From positions 2,728,001-2,792,000 of the forward strand of contig JBHGNT010000017.1 of NCBI GenBank assembly GCA_043228905.1: a DNA stretch of 64,000 nucleotides, read 5' to 3'. The DNA comes from Azolla caroliniana (taxonomy: Eukaryota > Plantae > Polypodiophyta). Both the position numbers and the translations under genes were made by a program. This document shows positions 1 to 11,800 of this stretch, in pieces (positions within the stretch are counted from its first letter, which is position 1; every line of letters starts with the position of its first letter). The notes below the pieces were generated by a model. The model made no database searches and was not told where the DNA came from. It worked only from the letters and a program-made list of their open reading frames with translations.

Positions 1-960
1 GTCAAGTCCCTCCTCTCTGGAAAATTCGAGATGACGGACATGAAGGAGCTCCATTACTTCCTTGGCATCGAAGTAATTCGGATTCCAACCGGCATTATGA
101 TCTCTCAACGGCACTACATCCTCAACTTGTTATACAAGTTCAAGATGATTGAGTGCAAATCAATTGCTACGCCTCTCGATCGAAACCTGAAACTAGATGT
201 TGACTCCGCCACAAACGAGTGCGATCCAACTCAATATCGACAACTGATCAGGAGTCTCATCTATCTCATGATCACTCGACCCGACCTTAGCTATCCAGTC
301 GGACTCCTCAGCCAATTCATGCAAAAACCACGCGACATTCACTTGTATTGCGCTAAGCGATTACGTTACGTGAGCAACACAATGGATTACGACGTTCTCT
401 ACGCATTGGCCAGACCAATACGACTCGAAGGGTACACAGACGCGGATTGGGCAGGCTACAAAGCTGATCGACGATCGACCTCCGGATTTGTTTTCTCCCT
501 CGGCAGTGGAGCGATTTCATGGAGTAGCAAGAAGCAGCCTACCGTCGCCCTTTCGAGTACGAAGGCGGAATACAGGAGCGCAACCGTAGCTGCATGTGAA
601 GCCATATGGCTCAAGAGGATTTTGAAGGATCTGGGCGTTCCCATCAAGGATCCGACTCCCTTTTTCTGCGACAACATGAGTAGTATTTATCTAGTTCGGA
701 ACCTGGTGTTCCACGCACGCACGAAGCATATCGAAGTGCACTATCACTTCATTCTGGAGCGTGTTCAAGACAGAGATGTCGACCTTCAACACATCAATAC
801 AAATCTTCAAATGGCCGACATCTTCATGAAGGTCCTAGGAGCCGACAAGCTTCGACAATTCATGTCAGACCTTGGATTGACGATCCCTGACTTGCCAAGC
901 TTGAGGGGGAGTACAAGCGAGAATCGTATACCGTCCGAACCGGGTATGAGTCGAAGCTGA
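1..960 (+). CDS. 3' part of a Ty1/copia pol (RT end and RNase H); starts upstream of the window
   Basis: ORF 31..960 has copia motifs TRPDLSY, GYTDADWAG..DRRSTSG, SWSSKKQPTVALSS and HARTKHIEVHYHF; some substitutions at conserved sites suggest mild decay. Confidence 0.93.
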   Translation, partial: VKSLLSGKFEMTDMKELHYFLGIEVIRIPTGIMISQRHYILNLLYKFKMIECKSIATPLDRNLKLDVDSATNECDPTQYRQLIRSLIYLMITRPDLSYPVGLLSQFMQKPRDIHLYCAKRLRYVSNTMDYDVLYALARPIRLEGYTDADWAGYKADRRSTSGFVFSLGSGAISWSSKKQPTVALSSTKAEYRSATVAACEAIWLKRILKDLGVPIKDPTPFFCDNMSSIYLVRNLVFHARTKHIEVHYHFILERVQDRDVDLQHINTNLQMADIFMKVLGADKLRQFMSDLGLTIPDLPSLRGSTSENRIPSEPGMSRS

Positions 961-1003
961 CATCCACCGAAAGGAACTGACTTGAGTTGAGCTTGAGGGG
1001 GCG

Positions 1004-1470
1004 TGTTGAGAATCAAGCTCAACATAGCACAACGGGTGAACACACCTTTTGAGAATCTATGATTACTCAAAGGTCAAGAGTCACACCACTACTCTCTACA
1101 CATTAACTATGTGTCATAGAATCATATTCTATGACACATAACTAATGAGTTACATATTTCCCCATGACTATGAGTCTTCACATTCCCCAAGAGAGAGAGT
1201 GGTGGTTGTAAAGTTAATGAAGAGAGAGGGTGACTCTATATAATGCACCCTCCTCATACTTCATACTAAGTCAGTTGTGACTCCTTGTTATGCTACATTT
1301 TGTAAATCTCATTCTACTTGTGAAATATACACCTTCTTCTTGGGTATTCTATTTTCCTATCATTTATCTATCTAGAGTTCTCTTTTCTCTCCACTCTTCT
1401 TCTCTCACACATATACGCACATAACACACATCTATTCCGCTACACAAGAATCACCATTGATTCTTTATAA
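1004..1470 (+). repeat. 3' LTR of the copia element at 1-960
   Basis: Starts TGTTGAG directly after the PPT (ttgagggggcg, 993-1003); AT-rich with TATA-like ctatataa. The right end is inferred from where chromovirus sequence resumes (~1473); the terminal CA appears mutated. Confidence 0.7.
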
Positions 1471-1472
1471 TA

Positions 1473-2166
1473 AGCTATCAAGTGCATAGAGATAGAGGCC
1501 CAGGGACGATTGGGGCATGGAAGTGGTTGGAGTAAGCCGTATGACCAATGATGATCGGCTTTGGAGCGAGCACAAACCTCACAACTCTTGATGTATTCTT
1601 TGACCAACTTCCATGTTGTGGCCACCAGTACCCTCGAGAGATTAGCTCTAGGGTTTTTGCGACCCCCGAAATGACCCGCAAGTGGGTCATCCTAGCATTC
1701 CCGCAACACTCGGGTGCGACACGGGCCCTTTGGGATGTATAAGAGATGATCTCGGAATAGCAAACCATCTTGTATAGTGAAGTGGTGAAGGTCCTTCCTT
1801 TTGGTCTCCTTGGAGGGGTTTTGCAGACTATCTCAAATCTTGTTGGCGAACGCATCAGTCGTGGATGCATCGGTGATCTGTTGGAGTAATGAATCATCCT
1901 GCAACATACAAGTGGCAAAAAGATGCAATTGGTCAGGTTTCAACAAACATCTAGATTGTTGAGCATAAGTGGCATCCCTAGGGTGGAGTGCAAGGTTGGC
2001 TCGACGAGAAAGGGCATCGACCTTCCCATATTGGCCACCAGGTCGAAATACGATCTCAAAATCGTAGTCAGTGAGAAATGTCGACCAACGGGCCTGCCTT
2101 CGATTCAAAGTACGAGTGGTGGAAAAATAAATTAAATTTTTATGATCGGTCACTACTTGGGTAGGA
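1473..2166 (-). pseudogene. Fragment of a Tcn1-like chromovirus pol (RNase H end to integrase zinc finger), frameshifted
   Basis: ORFs 1833..2153, 1478..1918 and 1440..1625 closely match the pol at ~49115-49805 (TDHKNL, RRQARW, CEVCARSK). Confidence 0.9.
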
Positions 2167-2284
2167 TGTCCCGTTATTACGTGCGTGCGTGTGGAAGCGG
2201 CGGGACCACAGGGGGTCTTGGACGAGGGAGAAAAGGGATGCCAAGAAAACTGACACCGGACACGGCCCGGATGCGACCGAACAC

Positions 2285-2317
<33 letters not shown>

Positions 2318-2846
2318 AGTGAGGTGTAGGAAATGGACAAGGCCGTCAGTGCGGAAGAGATCACAACATTCTGAATCGATGAGAAAATAAATTACCTGCA
2401 TATGAGAGAAGGAAGAACAGAATACATAGATTAAGAGAGAGAGAGAGAGAGAGGCACAAAGAATATGTCTATATTCATGAAAGGGCAACTGTTACAACAA
2501 TGAACAACCAACCTTTACAAAAGGTTACAAGGTCACTTTATATAGTGACTCACTTAGGGCAACAACCCTTTATGTTATTTACAGAAATAACCCGAACTTG
2601 GGCTCTCTAAGAGGATAGTGTGAATACGTCCATTATACATTTGTATTCGACACTCCCCCGTAATGGGCGTATACATAGGCTATCTAAAAAATACAGGTAT
2701 AGGCATAGGTTCTCGGACGGATCAGTTTTGTTCGAATCGGCATGATCCGAAGACAGAGGACCGAACCGGTCGGGTCGGAAAAGCTGAAGCCGATCGTCAA
2801 TGAACCGATGTCTGTTGTCCGAAACCGTCCTGCACTATGTCCGGCT

Positions 2847-4475
2847 TCAACCGGACTGATATGTTGTTACGCCCATCTGTTGCCGAAGAGACCGGAACCG
2901 GTCTGCCGAAAGACACTTGGTCATTCCATCTGCGACATTATCAGTTGTGGATATCATCTCTAAACCGATTTTCCCGGAAATGACGCAGTCCCGGACGAAG
3001 TGATATCGAACTTCGATATGCTTGGAGGCGTTGTGATGAACCGGATTTTTCGACAAAGCAACAACACTCTGGCTGTCGCTATAGACAACTGGAGCTGAGT
3101 CGGAGTTGACTTGCCGAAATGTGTGCGCCAGCCGACCGAGCCATAAAGCTTCTTTCGCTGCGTCGGAGGCAACTACATATTCTGCTTCGGTCGTTGAGGT
3201 GGCTATGCACTCCTGAAGTTTCGACTTCCACGAGATTGCTCCATTGCCGAATTTAAAGCAATATCCGGTTGTTGACTTGCGACTGTCCACATAGCCGGTG
3301 AAGTCCGAGTTAGTGTAACCGGCTACGCCTGAAGTTGAGTTCGGACTGAAAAGGATGCCGTGGTCTTTTGTGCCGGCTAAATATCTGAACACATGCTTGA
3401 CTGTGTTCCAGTGCGATCTGCCGGGATTGTGCATAAATCTACTGATGACACCTACGGCGTGAGAAATATCAGGCCGTGTCGCGACCATCGCGTAGATCAG
3501 AGAGCCTACTACCGGTGCATACGGTACCGACTTCATGTCTTCCCCCTCCGGACCGGATGTCGGGCAGTCTCGCTGAGAAAGCCGAAGATGAACGAGGAGC
3601 GGGGTCAAAGCAGACTTCGCCGATTGCATGTTGAAGCGTTCCAAGACACGTTCGATGTAGTCGGTTTGAGACAGAAAAAGCTGTCTTTTGGCGCGATTCC
3701 GACTAATCTTCATTCCGAGTATGTGTCTTGCTGGACCGAGGTCCTTCATGGCAAACGTCAATCGCAGTTTCCGAACGAGTTCGGTGAGCTCTCCGGTATG
3801 CCGACCAGAGAGTAGCATGTCGTCCACGTAGATGATGAGGAAGACAGGAGAACCGTCTTGAGCTGTTTTGGTGAAGAGGCAGTGGTCCTCATCGCTCTTG
3901 GAGAAGCCGACCGACTGGATGAAGTCGTTGAACTTCTTGTACCACTGTCGGGGTGCCTGTTTTAGGCCGTAGAGACTCTTCCTGAGTCGGCATACTAGAT
4001 GTTCCTGACCGGTGGCCACAAAGCCTTTCGGCTGCTCCATGTAGATTTCCTCCTTTAGATCACCGTGGAGGAATGCCGTTTTCACATCTAGCTGAATCAG
4101 CTCCAAATTGTCGGCAGCCACAACACCGAGCATGAAATGAAGGGTGGTCATTTTCACCACTGGTGAAAAGATTTCGTCAAAGTCGACGCCATATTCCTGT
4201 CGAAATCCCTTCGTAATTAATCTGGCCTTGTACTTTGGGGTGGTCGAGTCGGACGTCTCCTTTAGTCTATAGACCCACTTGCAAGGAAGAGCACGTCGGT
4301 TCTTCGGTAAGTCGACCAGATCCCAAGTTTTGTTGGTGTGGATGGAGTGCATTTCTGACTCCATTGCCAGATGCCAGGTGGCTGAATCGGCAGCTGCCGA
4401 TGCTTCTTCGTAGGACGTCGGTTCGCCGACGTCGGTGAAGAAAATGCCGGGAGAGTACCTTTCCGGAGGTTGCAA
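2847..4475 (-). pseudogene. RT-RNase H portion of the copia at 2325-16018
   Basis: YKARLITKGF, LDVKTAFLHG, YGLKQAPRQW, IYVDDML, SKHIEVRYHF; separated from the integrase by a frameshift and an insertion. Confidence 0.93.
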
Positions 4476-4689
4476 CAGTCTCTCGGATCTTCGAGGTATG
4501 ACTGGGCTGGTCGCACCGAGTGTCGATGTTGGATGGTCGGAAGCCGAGCCATTCGGCTATGCCAAATCTGTGGATTCGGTGCGAGAGAAGTCGGTTACCC
4601 GTGAAACCGGTCTCATGTTGTGTGCTGGGCCGTCATGAAGGGTTGGCACTTCGGAAAATATTACTTTTAGACTTCGATAGGCCTTTCGG

Positions 4690-5045
4690 CTATTTTGTGC
4701 AAGTCGACTCGTTGAACATGACGTCCGAACTTCGGATGATTTGCCTGTGCTCGGGGTCCCAGAGTCGGTATCTGATCTCACCGTTGGGTCCATACCCGAG
4801 GAAAACGCATTTCCTTGATCTCAGTTCGAGTTTTCGGCGGTCGTCTTTCGGTATGAGGGCGTATGCCTCGCAACCGAAAATCCTCAGCTTATCATAATTC
4901 GGCTTTCTGCCGGTCCATATTTCCTGAGGTATCTTAAGTCCTAGAGATCTACTTGGCGACATATTGATTATGTGTACTGCCGTGAGTAGAGCCTCTGCCC
5001 AAAAGCCATCCGACAGTCCGGAGTGTTGGAGCATGGATACAACGC
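4690..5045 (-). pseudogene. C-terminal integrase part of the copia at 2325-16018
   Basis: VVSMLQHSGLSDGFWAEAL..KLRIFGC..KCVFLGY; joins GIAERMNRTIQER at 13172-13208 once the 5046-13167 insert and one TSD copy are removed. Confidence 0.88.
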
Positions 5046-5802
5046 TGTCGTGAAGAATTTCGGCCAGAGGCGGAAACCGGGAAACATTGTCTACATCGGC
5101 GGGGTGCAGCGTGTGTACGCACCCATGTACAATTGGTGTGAATATCGAGGGCACCTTTATGGCGCCGAAGAGTAATCAAGTCGGGACAAACGATCCCATG
5201 GAAGTCGGGATTTGTCCCACATTGTAACGCATCCCTCTCCTTGTTCTATAAAAGGGAGGGAACGCCCTTTGTAAAAGGGTTGCCCATTTTGATTAGAGGG
5301 TATACCGGTAGGTTTAGGGTTAGGTTTCTTCTGCTTCTTCTTCTTCCCCTTCGTGTTCGTTTAGGGTGGGCTGCAGCTTATCTCCTGTGCAAGACCCCGC
5401 TCGGCGCGACGAGCCCGAGATCTCCCCGACGGCGGCTTGACAGCAGACGACTGTTGTAAACTATCTTGGTCCGGCTCGAAGCCGGGAGTGTATTCTTCTT
5501 ATATATATATACATGTACGTTTGCGTCTGTCTGTGTATATTGGCATCTTGTTGGTGTCGGGTGCTCCCCTCTTTCCCTGCGTTTCCTGTACAAGAGGGCG
5601 TGTGTGCGTGTGCGTGCGTGTGTGTGAGTGTGTGTGCGCGCGTGAGTCGGTGTCAAGCACGCTCTCTCACTTCCTCTCTCCCTTCGGCTGCTTTCGGTGC
5701 GTTTCAGGGGTGCCCCAGAAACGGTGAAGTGCGACTTTCTTACGCTCCGTCGCTCCCTAGTCCAAGACCCCCGTGGTCCCGCCTTTCTCCACGCATGCGC
5801 GT

Positions 5803-6612
5803 TGTCGTGAAGAAAACCGTCCCTAAGAGGAATCGGCGCACCAAGGCGTGGGAACCGGTTCTTCACGCGCGCACGCTCCAAGTTGTACATAGAAGCGAAT
5901 TAGGAGGATAATCGGCAGGAACAGGCCCTAACTCAATTGGAGACAAAGACCGCGCGAACAGTCTTTTCGGTCGCGCGCGCGAACTGTACGAGTCGGCGGC
6001 GTAACTACGCGGATGCGTGAAAAACGGAGCGGATCCCTGTCCAAAAGGGACAGGGAATAAAGCTGACATGACGGCCTGCTCGTCGGCCTATATAAGGAGC
6101 GGGAAAAAGCTGTTGCAGGGATCTCGCACGGAGAGGACGAAGTGCTGCCGAACCGATTTTGGAGCTTCTCTCTCACCCCTGCTTTCTCTGTCTTCTGCTC
6201 CACCGCGTACCTGTGCAGGTTTCGAGGAGGCTTGCGCTGTTCCGTGGAACGCCCCGAGCGCGTCCTGCAGCACCTCCGACCTGTTTCCCCTTTCTGTGCG
6301 TCAAAACATACAGGGGTCGGCATCTGTTCGCCGCCCTGTTCGTTTTCGTTAGTATCTATTTCGTGCCCCACCGTGGGTTGTAATACTTTAGTCTGTTATT
6401 TTTCTTGCATTCATAAGCACATATCTTTCGTTGTTGCGTCCATCTGCGTCGGCGTTTATTTGTGATCTCTGTTTGTTGGGCCGTGTCCCTATGCAATCTT
6501 CGGTTCTGTGCAATCGGGTCTCTCGCTCTTACTCCTCTCTCTCTTGCTCTTCGGTCCAAGACCCCCGTGGTCCCTCCTCCTTTCAGCACGCAAGGGTGTA
6601 GCAACCCCGACA
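5803..6612 (+). repeat. 5' LTR of the intact family W element
   Basis: TGTCGTGAAG...ccccgaCA; direct repeat of 12342-13151; TATA-like ctatataag near 6088. Confidence 0.95.
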
Positions 6613-6615
6613 TCT

Positions 6616-6633
6616 TGGTGAACCCGACGTGAA
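6616..6633 (+). promoter_or_regulatory. Primer binding site complementary to the 3' end of plant cytosolic tRNA-Trp
   Basis: TGGTGAACCCGACGTGAA is the complement of ..TTCACGTCGGGTTCACCA (tRNA assignment from memory of plant tRNA-Trp); identical in the copies at 28277-28294 and 45891-45908. Confidence 0.85.
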
Positions 6634-6655
6634 AGAGGCGGCAGAAGAGTAGGAA

Positions 6656-8782
6656 ATGAAAGGGGCGGATCTTGCAGAGGCCATGGCTTCGGCCGTGGAT
6701 CGGATAGTAAGCGCGCGCGAGGGCACCGGCGCCCTCGATAGAGCTATTGAGGTGGTCGTCGGAACGATCGGTCGATTCACCGGAAAAGATGCCACGAAGT
6801 ACCTGGCGTCCTACGGTGCGGAAATGTTAATGCGGGACATTCCGGAAGACAGGCGTCTTGCCGGTTTTCCCCGAGTGGCGATGCCGAGCATCCACGCGGA
6901 GGTGCTCGAGGTGCGGGCGGAGAGCCGTACCTGGGAGGAGTTCGAAGGTCGGCTCCTGGAAAAATACGGACTGGACGACGCGCTCCGGCTTTCGAAGCGA
7001 AGCTTCATGGACTGGGTGGAGTCTCCCGGGAAAGGAAGGAATGCGTCGGCACTCCTCCGGGAGTTCGAGGAGAACTTCGCGCGCCTTTCGGCGCTTGACA
7101 GGATGGTCCTGGATACAAGCCGGGTCCTGCTGTTCGTCAAATCGGTTGACGAGAGGGATCGGAGTCACGTGGGCGCCCTGCTAGAAACCGAAGACGGGCT
7201 GACAGCCGACTGGGCGGCGGTCAAGAGAGCCTGCGGCCGTTTCGACAAACGGCGAGAATGGGAGGATGACAGAGCAACCGGGTCGGGCTCAGTCGCGGCG
7301 AGGAAACTCGAGCCGGCGCAGCCGATGCGAAGGGAAGAGACTCGGGAGTGGCTGGAATCCGGTTCAGCTCCGACCGGCGTGATCAGAGGCACGACTGGAG
7401 GAGCGGCGTTGGAGGAATTGACGAAGGCAATAAAGGACCTCCAAATCGCGCAGGCCCGAAGGGAAGGAGGCGAACCGGCTCGTGACCGACGGCCGGCGGC
7501 AGGAAACAGGTGCATGTGGTGCGATGAAGTCGGCCACATTCGGAAGGACTGCGGCGACTTCGCGGAGGCGCTGAGGGACAGGGTGGTGTACCTGTGGGAA
7601 GGACGGGTTCACGCCAACGACACGAGAAGGGCCCTAAACCGAAACGACGGGCGAGGCGGAATGAAGAGGTTGATGGAAGAGGCGGCGGCCCGACATGCGG
7701 AAACCGTCCACTACTCGGCGTCGGCCGGTATTCGAGTCGGGGGCAACGAGGCCCGAAGAGGAAGCAAAGCCGGATTCTGGCCGACGGTGCTGGAAGGCCT
7801 TGCCGATACGAGGATGAAGAGGGAGGAATCGGACCGTGCGGAGAAACGGGTACGGGAGATGACCGGGTGGAGCGACCCGGTCGAGGAAAAGACGGGCTTC
7901 GTGGAAGCCGCTTGCCGGAACTACGAGGCTCTGGTAGAAGAGAAGCGGGTGGGGAAACCCGGGACGACCGGGCCCTCACAACGATACGAGACCCGGTCCG
8001 GGCCACGACGGGACGAAGCCGGCGGGGCCGGTACGCAAGATAAACCCCAGAAGGGCGGGTACCGTCTGGGGACGGAGATAGAAAGAACCACGGACTTACG
8101 AAAGGTCCTGGAGGAACGGATCCTCGACAGCAAGGTGGAGCTGTCGCTACGGGAGGTGCTGGGAATCGCCAAGAAGGAGTTCCACGACTCCATCGTGGAC
8201 TTGGTGAAACGGAAGAGGCTGTCAACGGAGACAGAACCGGAAAGACCGGTGGAAGTGCGGACGACGCACCTAGACGACATGGCGCTGGGAGACGAGTGGG
8301 CGGAAAGCCACTATTCGAGACCGCACTGGGCCCGAGCGACCACGGAAACCCCGGTGAAGATCGGCGATGTCCAGGAACCGGTGATAGCTTTGGTAGACCA
8401 CGGATCGGAGATTAATTTGATGTCCATGGACTTCTATAAGAAGGGCAAATGGCCGATCAACACCAAGCACGGGTGGAAAATAAGGGCAGCAACGCGCGCC
8501 ACCGAGGAACTGCACGGGGCCTGTCCGAATGTGCGAGTCAAGATCGGCGACGTCGAGATTGACCAGCACTTCTTCGTGCAGGAGACGTCCTCGCATCCGG
8601 TCATACTGGGAGAGCCGTACATCACGGCGGCGCGAATGGAGACCAAGGTGCTGGACAATGGTTCGGCCTATGCGCGGGTCAAGAGCCAGGACGGGCGCCA
8701 TTCGGTCCAGTTTTTGACGGTTAGGCCGAACCACGAGCGTAACCGCGACTCCCTCGGTTCCGATAACCGAGAGGATTTTTAG
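6656..8782 (+). CDS. gag: Gag-protease polyprotein (ORF1) of family W
   Basis: 708 aa; CMWCDEVGHIRKDC zinc knuckle; aspartic-protease-like ALVDHGSEINLM..HPVILGEPY. Confidence 0.92.
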   Translation: MKGADLAEAMASAVDRIVSAREGTGALDRAIEVVVGTIGRFTGKDATKYLASYGAEMLMRDIPEDRRLAGFPRVAMPSIHAEVLEVRAESRTWEEFEGRLLEKYGLDDALRLSKRSFMDWVESPGKGRNASALLREFEENFARLSALDRMVLDTSRVLLFVKSVDERDRSHVGALLETEDGLTADWAAVKRACGRFDKRREWEDDRATGSGSVAARKLEPAQPMRREETREWLESGSAPTGVIRGTTGGAALEELTKAIKDLQIAQARREGGEPARDRRPAAGNRCMWCDEVGHIRKDCGDFAEALRDRVVYLWEGRVHANDTRRALNRNDGRGGMKRLMEEAAARHAETVHYSASAGIRVGGNEARRGSKAGFWPTVLEGLADTRMKREESDRAEKRVREMTGWSDPVEEKTGFVEAACRNYEALVEEKRVGKPGTTGPSQRYETRSGPRRDEAGGAGTQDKPQKGGYRLGTEIERTTDLRKVLEERILDSKVELSLREVLGIAKKEFHDSIVDLVKRKRLSTETEPERPVEVRTTHLDDMALGDEWAESHYSRPHWARATTETPVKIGDVQEPVIALVDHGSEINLMSMDFYKKGKWPINTKHGWKIRAATRATEELHGACPNVRVKIGDVEIDQHFFVQETSSHPVILGEPYITAARMETKVLDNGSAYARVKSQDGRHSVQFLTVRPNHERNRDSLGSDNREDF

Positions 8783-8841
8783 AGAGGGCTGCCAAGGCGT
8801 GGGGCCGCGACAGTCCGGACACCCCGGAAAAACCCCACACC
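8773..8841 (+). promoter_or_regulatory. Putative -1 ribosomal frameshift signal (G GAT TTT plus downstream stem-loop)
   Basis: GGATTTT immediately precedes the ORF1 TAG; the -1 frame is open into pol; aggcgtgggg..ccccacacct can pair; conserved in the two other copies. Confidence 0.75.
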
Positions 8842-11800
8842 TGTACGATAAAACCGAAGAAACCTTGTACCGTAGGTAGGGAATTTTTGTTCTCCGACAG
8901 CGGAGCGTGTACGATAGTCGGCATCGGCGGCCGAGAGAAGGCAAAGGCGGAGGGGAGACTTCGAGCGTGCGGAGTTCTCGGCCCTGACGAGGAAATCAAC
9001 GGAGCCGTGGAGGCGGTCTCCTTCGACGACACCTTGGGAATGCTGGGAAGGGTAGTCGAAGAAGGCCTTAACGAAGACCGGACGATACCGGTGTGTTCCG
9101 AGGAGATGTACGAAGTCATCGCGGACTTCGGTCGAGGGCTCGAGTCAGTTAGGACGGCCCACGTAAGCACCAAGTACAAGACTGTGGACCGGAAGGTAAG
9201 GCCAGTCGCGGCACCCTTACCGGAGGACAGCGCGTCGAGAATCAAAGGGGTTGCATCGGACCCTAGTCTACGAGATCCGGCCTGCATAGGACACACCTTC
9301 ACCGACGAGACGCTCCGAGAGCTCAAAATCGGTGGGGGCGGGTTCCTACTGCCGGCGGAGGAAGACCGGTTCCGGAGAATGCTCGGAAGGCACGGGAAAG
9401 CCTTCGCATTCTCGCCGGAGGAAATCGGGTGCGTTGACCCGACGATCGTGGAGCCGATGGTGATATTCACGGTACCGCATGTACCATGGAATCTCAAGCC
9501 AATCCCGGTTCCGAGAGCTCACATCCCGAAGTTGATGGAGCTGCTGAGGCAGAAAGTTGATATGGGAATTCTCGAGCCGTCGAGCGCCCCATATTCGAAT
9601 CGATGGTTTACCGTACCGAAGAAAAACGGTTCGTTGCGCTTCATCCAGGACCTGCAGCCGGTCAATCGAGTGACCATTCGGAACGCAGGGATCGGACCGA
9701 CCATAGACGAGTTCGCGGAGGCCTTCGCCGGAAGGTCAATTTACTCGGTCGGGGATCTATACTCAGGGTACGACCAGTTCCAGCTAGCCGTGGAGAGCAG
9801 AGACATTACGACGATGCGAACTCCCCTCGGCCTAGTTCGGATGTGTACACTGCCGCAAGGAGGAACCAACTCGGTGGCCCACATGGTGAATGCGATGAAC
9901 AAGGTTCTGAGGGACTGTATCCCGGACATCACCATGCCGTTTCTGGACGACATCCCGATCAAGGGATGCCCGGTGGAAGAAAGGGACGAGACGATCGGGC
10001 CGGACGGATGCCGGCGATTCGTGGCGGCGCACATCGACGACTGCGAGAAGGTGCTGCAAAGGCTAGAGGATGCGAGACTCACCTTCTCCGGGGAGAAGTC
10101 GGCCTTCAGGCAGTCAGAAATCATGGTGGTCGGACACCTGTGCGGACCATATGGCCGGAAACCGTCTCCGGCAAAGGTAGAAGCCATCTCCGCGATGAAG
10201 CCCGACTGCAGCTCGGTCACGGAAGTACGGAGATTCCTGGGGGCATGCGCGTTCTACCACATATGGATCCCGCATTACGCACATGTCGCGGAGCCACTGT
10301 ACGGGTTGCTGAAAAAGGGGCGAAGGTTCGAATGGCTAGACGAGCACGCGGAATCGGTCCGGAAGCTGAAAGAGGCCCTTGCGGCGGCACCGGCACTCCG
10401 GAAGGCGGTATACGGGAAGGGTACCCCGGTATTCATAACGGTGGATACCAGTCCGACCGGGATCGGATGGGTCGTGAACCAGGAAGACGAGGACGGCAAT
10501 CGGTTTCCGATCCGATTCGGCGCGAAAGTCCTCAGTGAACGGCAGCGAGGATACGCCCAGGTTAAACGCGAACTCTGGGGTATTGTTTCGGCGGTTAAGG
10601 CCGACAAGGACTATCTGATCGGGACGGAGGTAATCATAGAGACGGATTGCATGCCGATTCTCGGCATGGTTTCCGGATGCGCGACGCCGGACCTGGCTAT
10701 GCTCAGGTGGATAGCGTATATCAAGTCCCTAGACCCGGTAATCCGACACATTTCCGGGAAAGACAACGCCATGGCCGACATGCTTTCAAGGGCGAGATTC
10801 GATAACGAGGGCGGCATGGTTTCGGAGGACGAGGAGGTCGGCGTGGACTTCTTCGAGACTGCGTATGTAACGACCGACGGAACAAGCACTCCGGCGCTTA
10901 GCGACTTCGACGCGAGCAAGTACGACGGGGAGTGGCTGCAGATCGGCGGGTTTTTGAAGACAATGACGCCCGATGCGTCATGGACGAAGGACGAGGCCAA
11001 CCGGATCCGGAAGAAAGCATATCGATTCTTTCTCCGAGATGGGCATTTGTGGAAGCACCCGAAGAAGAGGAACGGCGTCCCGCTCCGGGTGGTGGCGATG
11101 AAGGAAGAACAGGAGGAGCTACTGGCGGCCTACCACGACAGCCCTTGGGCTGGACACCGTGGAACGTGGGCGACATTTGAGAAGCTGAAGGGGAAGTACT
11201 GGTGGCCGGGATTGTACCGGGACGTGCATCGGTTCGTGTCAACTTGCGAGAGTTGTCAGATGCACTCGATAGTCCGACACCGGGACGGGCTTCGCCCTAC
11301 GTACCCTCCGACTATCCACTTCAAATGGATGGTAGATCTGGTGACGATGCCGATGGGGGTAGGACAGATGCGGTATCTGGTCCTAGCGCGGGAAGACCTG
11401 ACGAACCAGGTGGAAGGCCGAGCCCTCCAGAACAAGACGACCGCGGCCGTGTGTCGGTTCCTGATCGAGGACGTGATATGCCGGTACGGGTGCGTCGGGA
11501 AGATCGTGGCTGACCGAGGGGAGTTGGACGCCGAGGAAGCCGCGGAGCTGTTCGATCGGCTGGGAGTCAAACTCTCGCTCACCACTGCGTACAACCCGGA
11601 GGCGAATGGAAAGGTGGAGCGCGGACACGGGCCGATCGTTAAAGCGCTGGTTCGGGCATGCGGAGGCCAAGTCGGTAACTGGCCGCGACTTCTACCTTAT
11701 GCTTTGTGGGCCGACCGGACTACGCACAGTTCGGTAACCGGGTACATGCCGACGGAGCTCATGTTCGGCCAGAAGCCGATCATGCCGATGGAACGGACGA

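Noticed and set aside
5311-5370. Telomere-like TTTAGGG motifs (also aaaccctaaa near 16265)
   Set aside because: Isolated telo-box-like motifs inside an LTR, not an interstitial telomeric array
5928-6465. ORFs duplicated at 12467-13004 (similarly 32227 and 36870)
   Set aside because: Identical only because they lie in paired LTRs; no coding evidence
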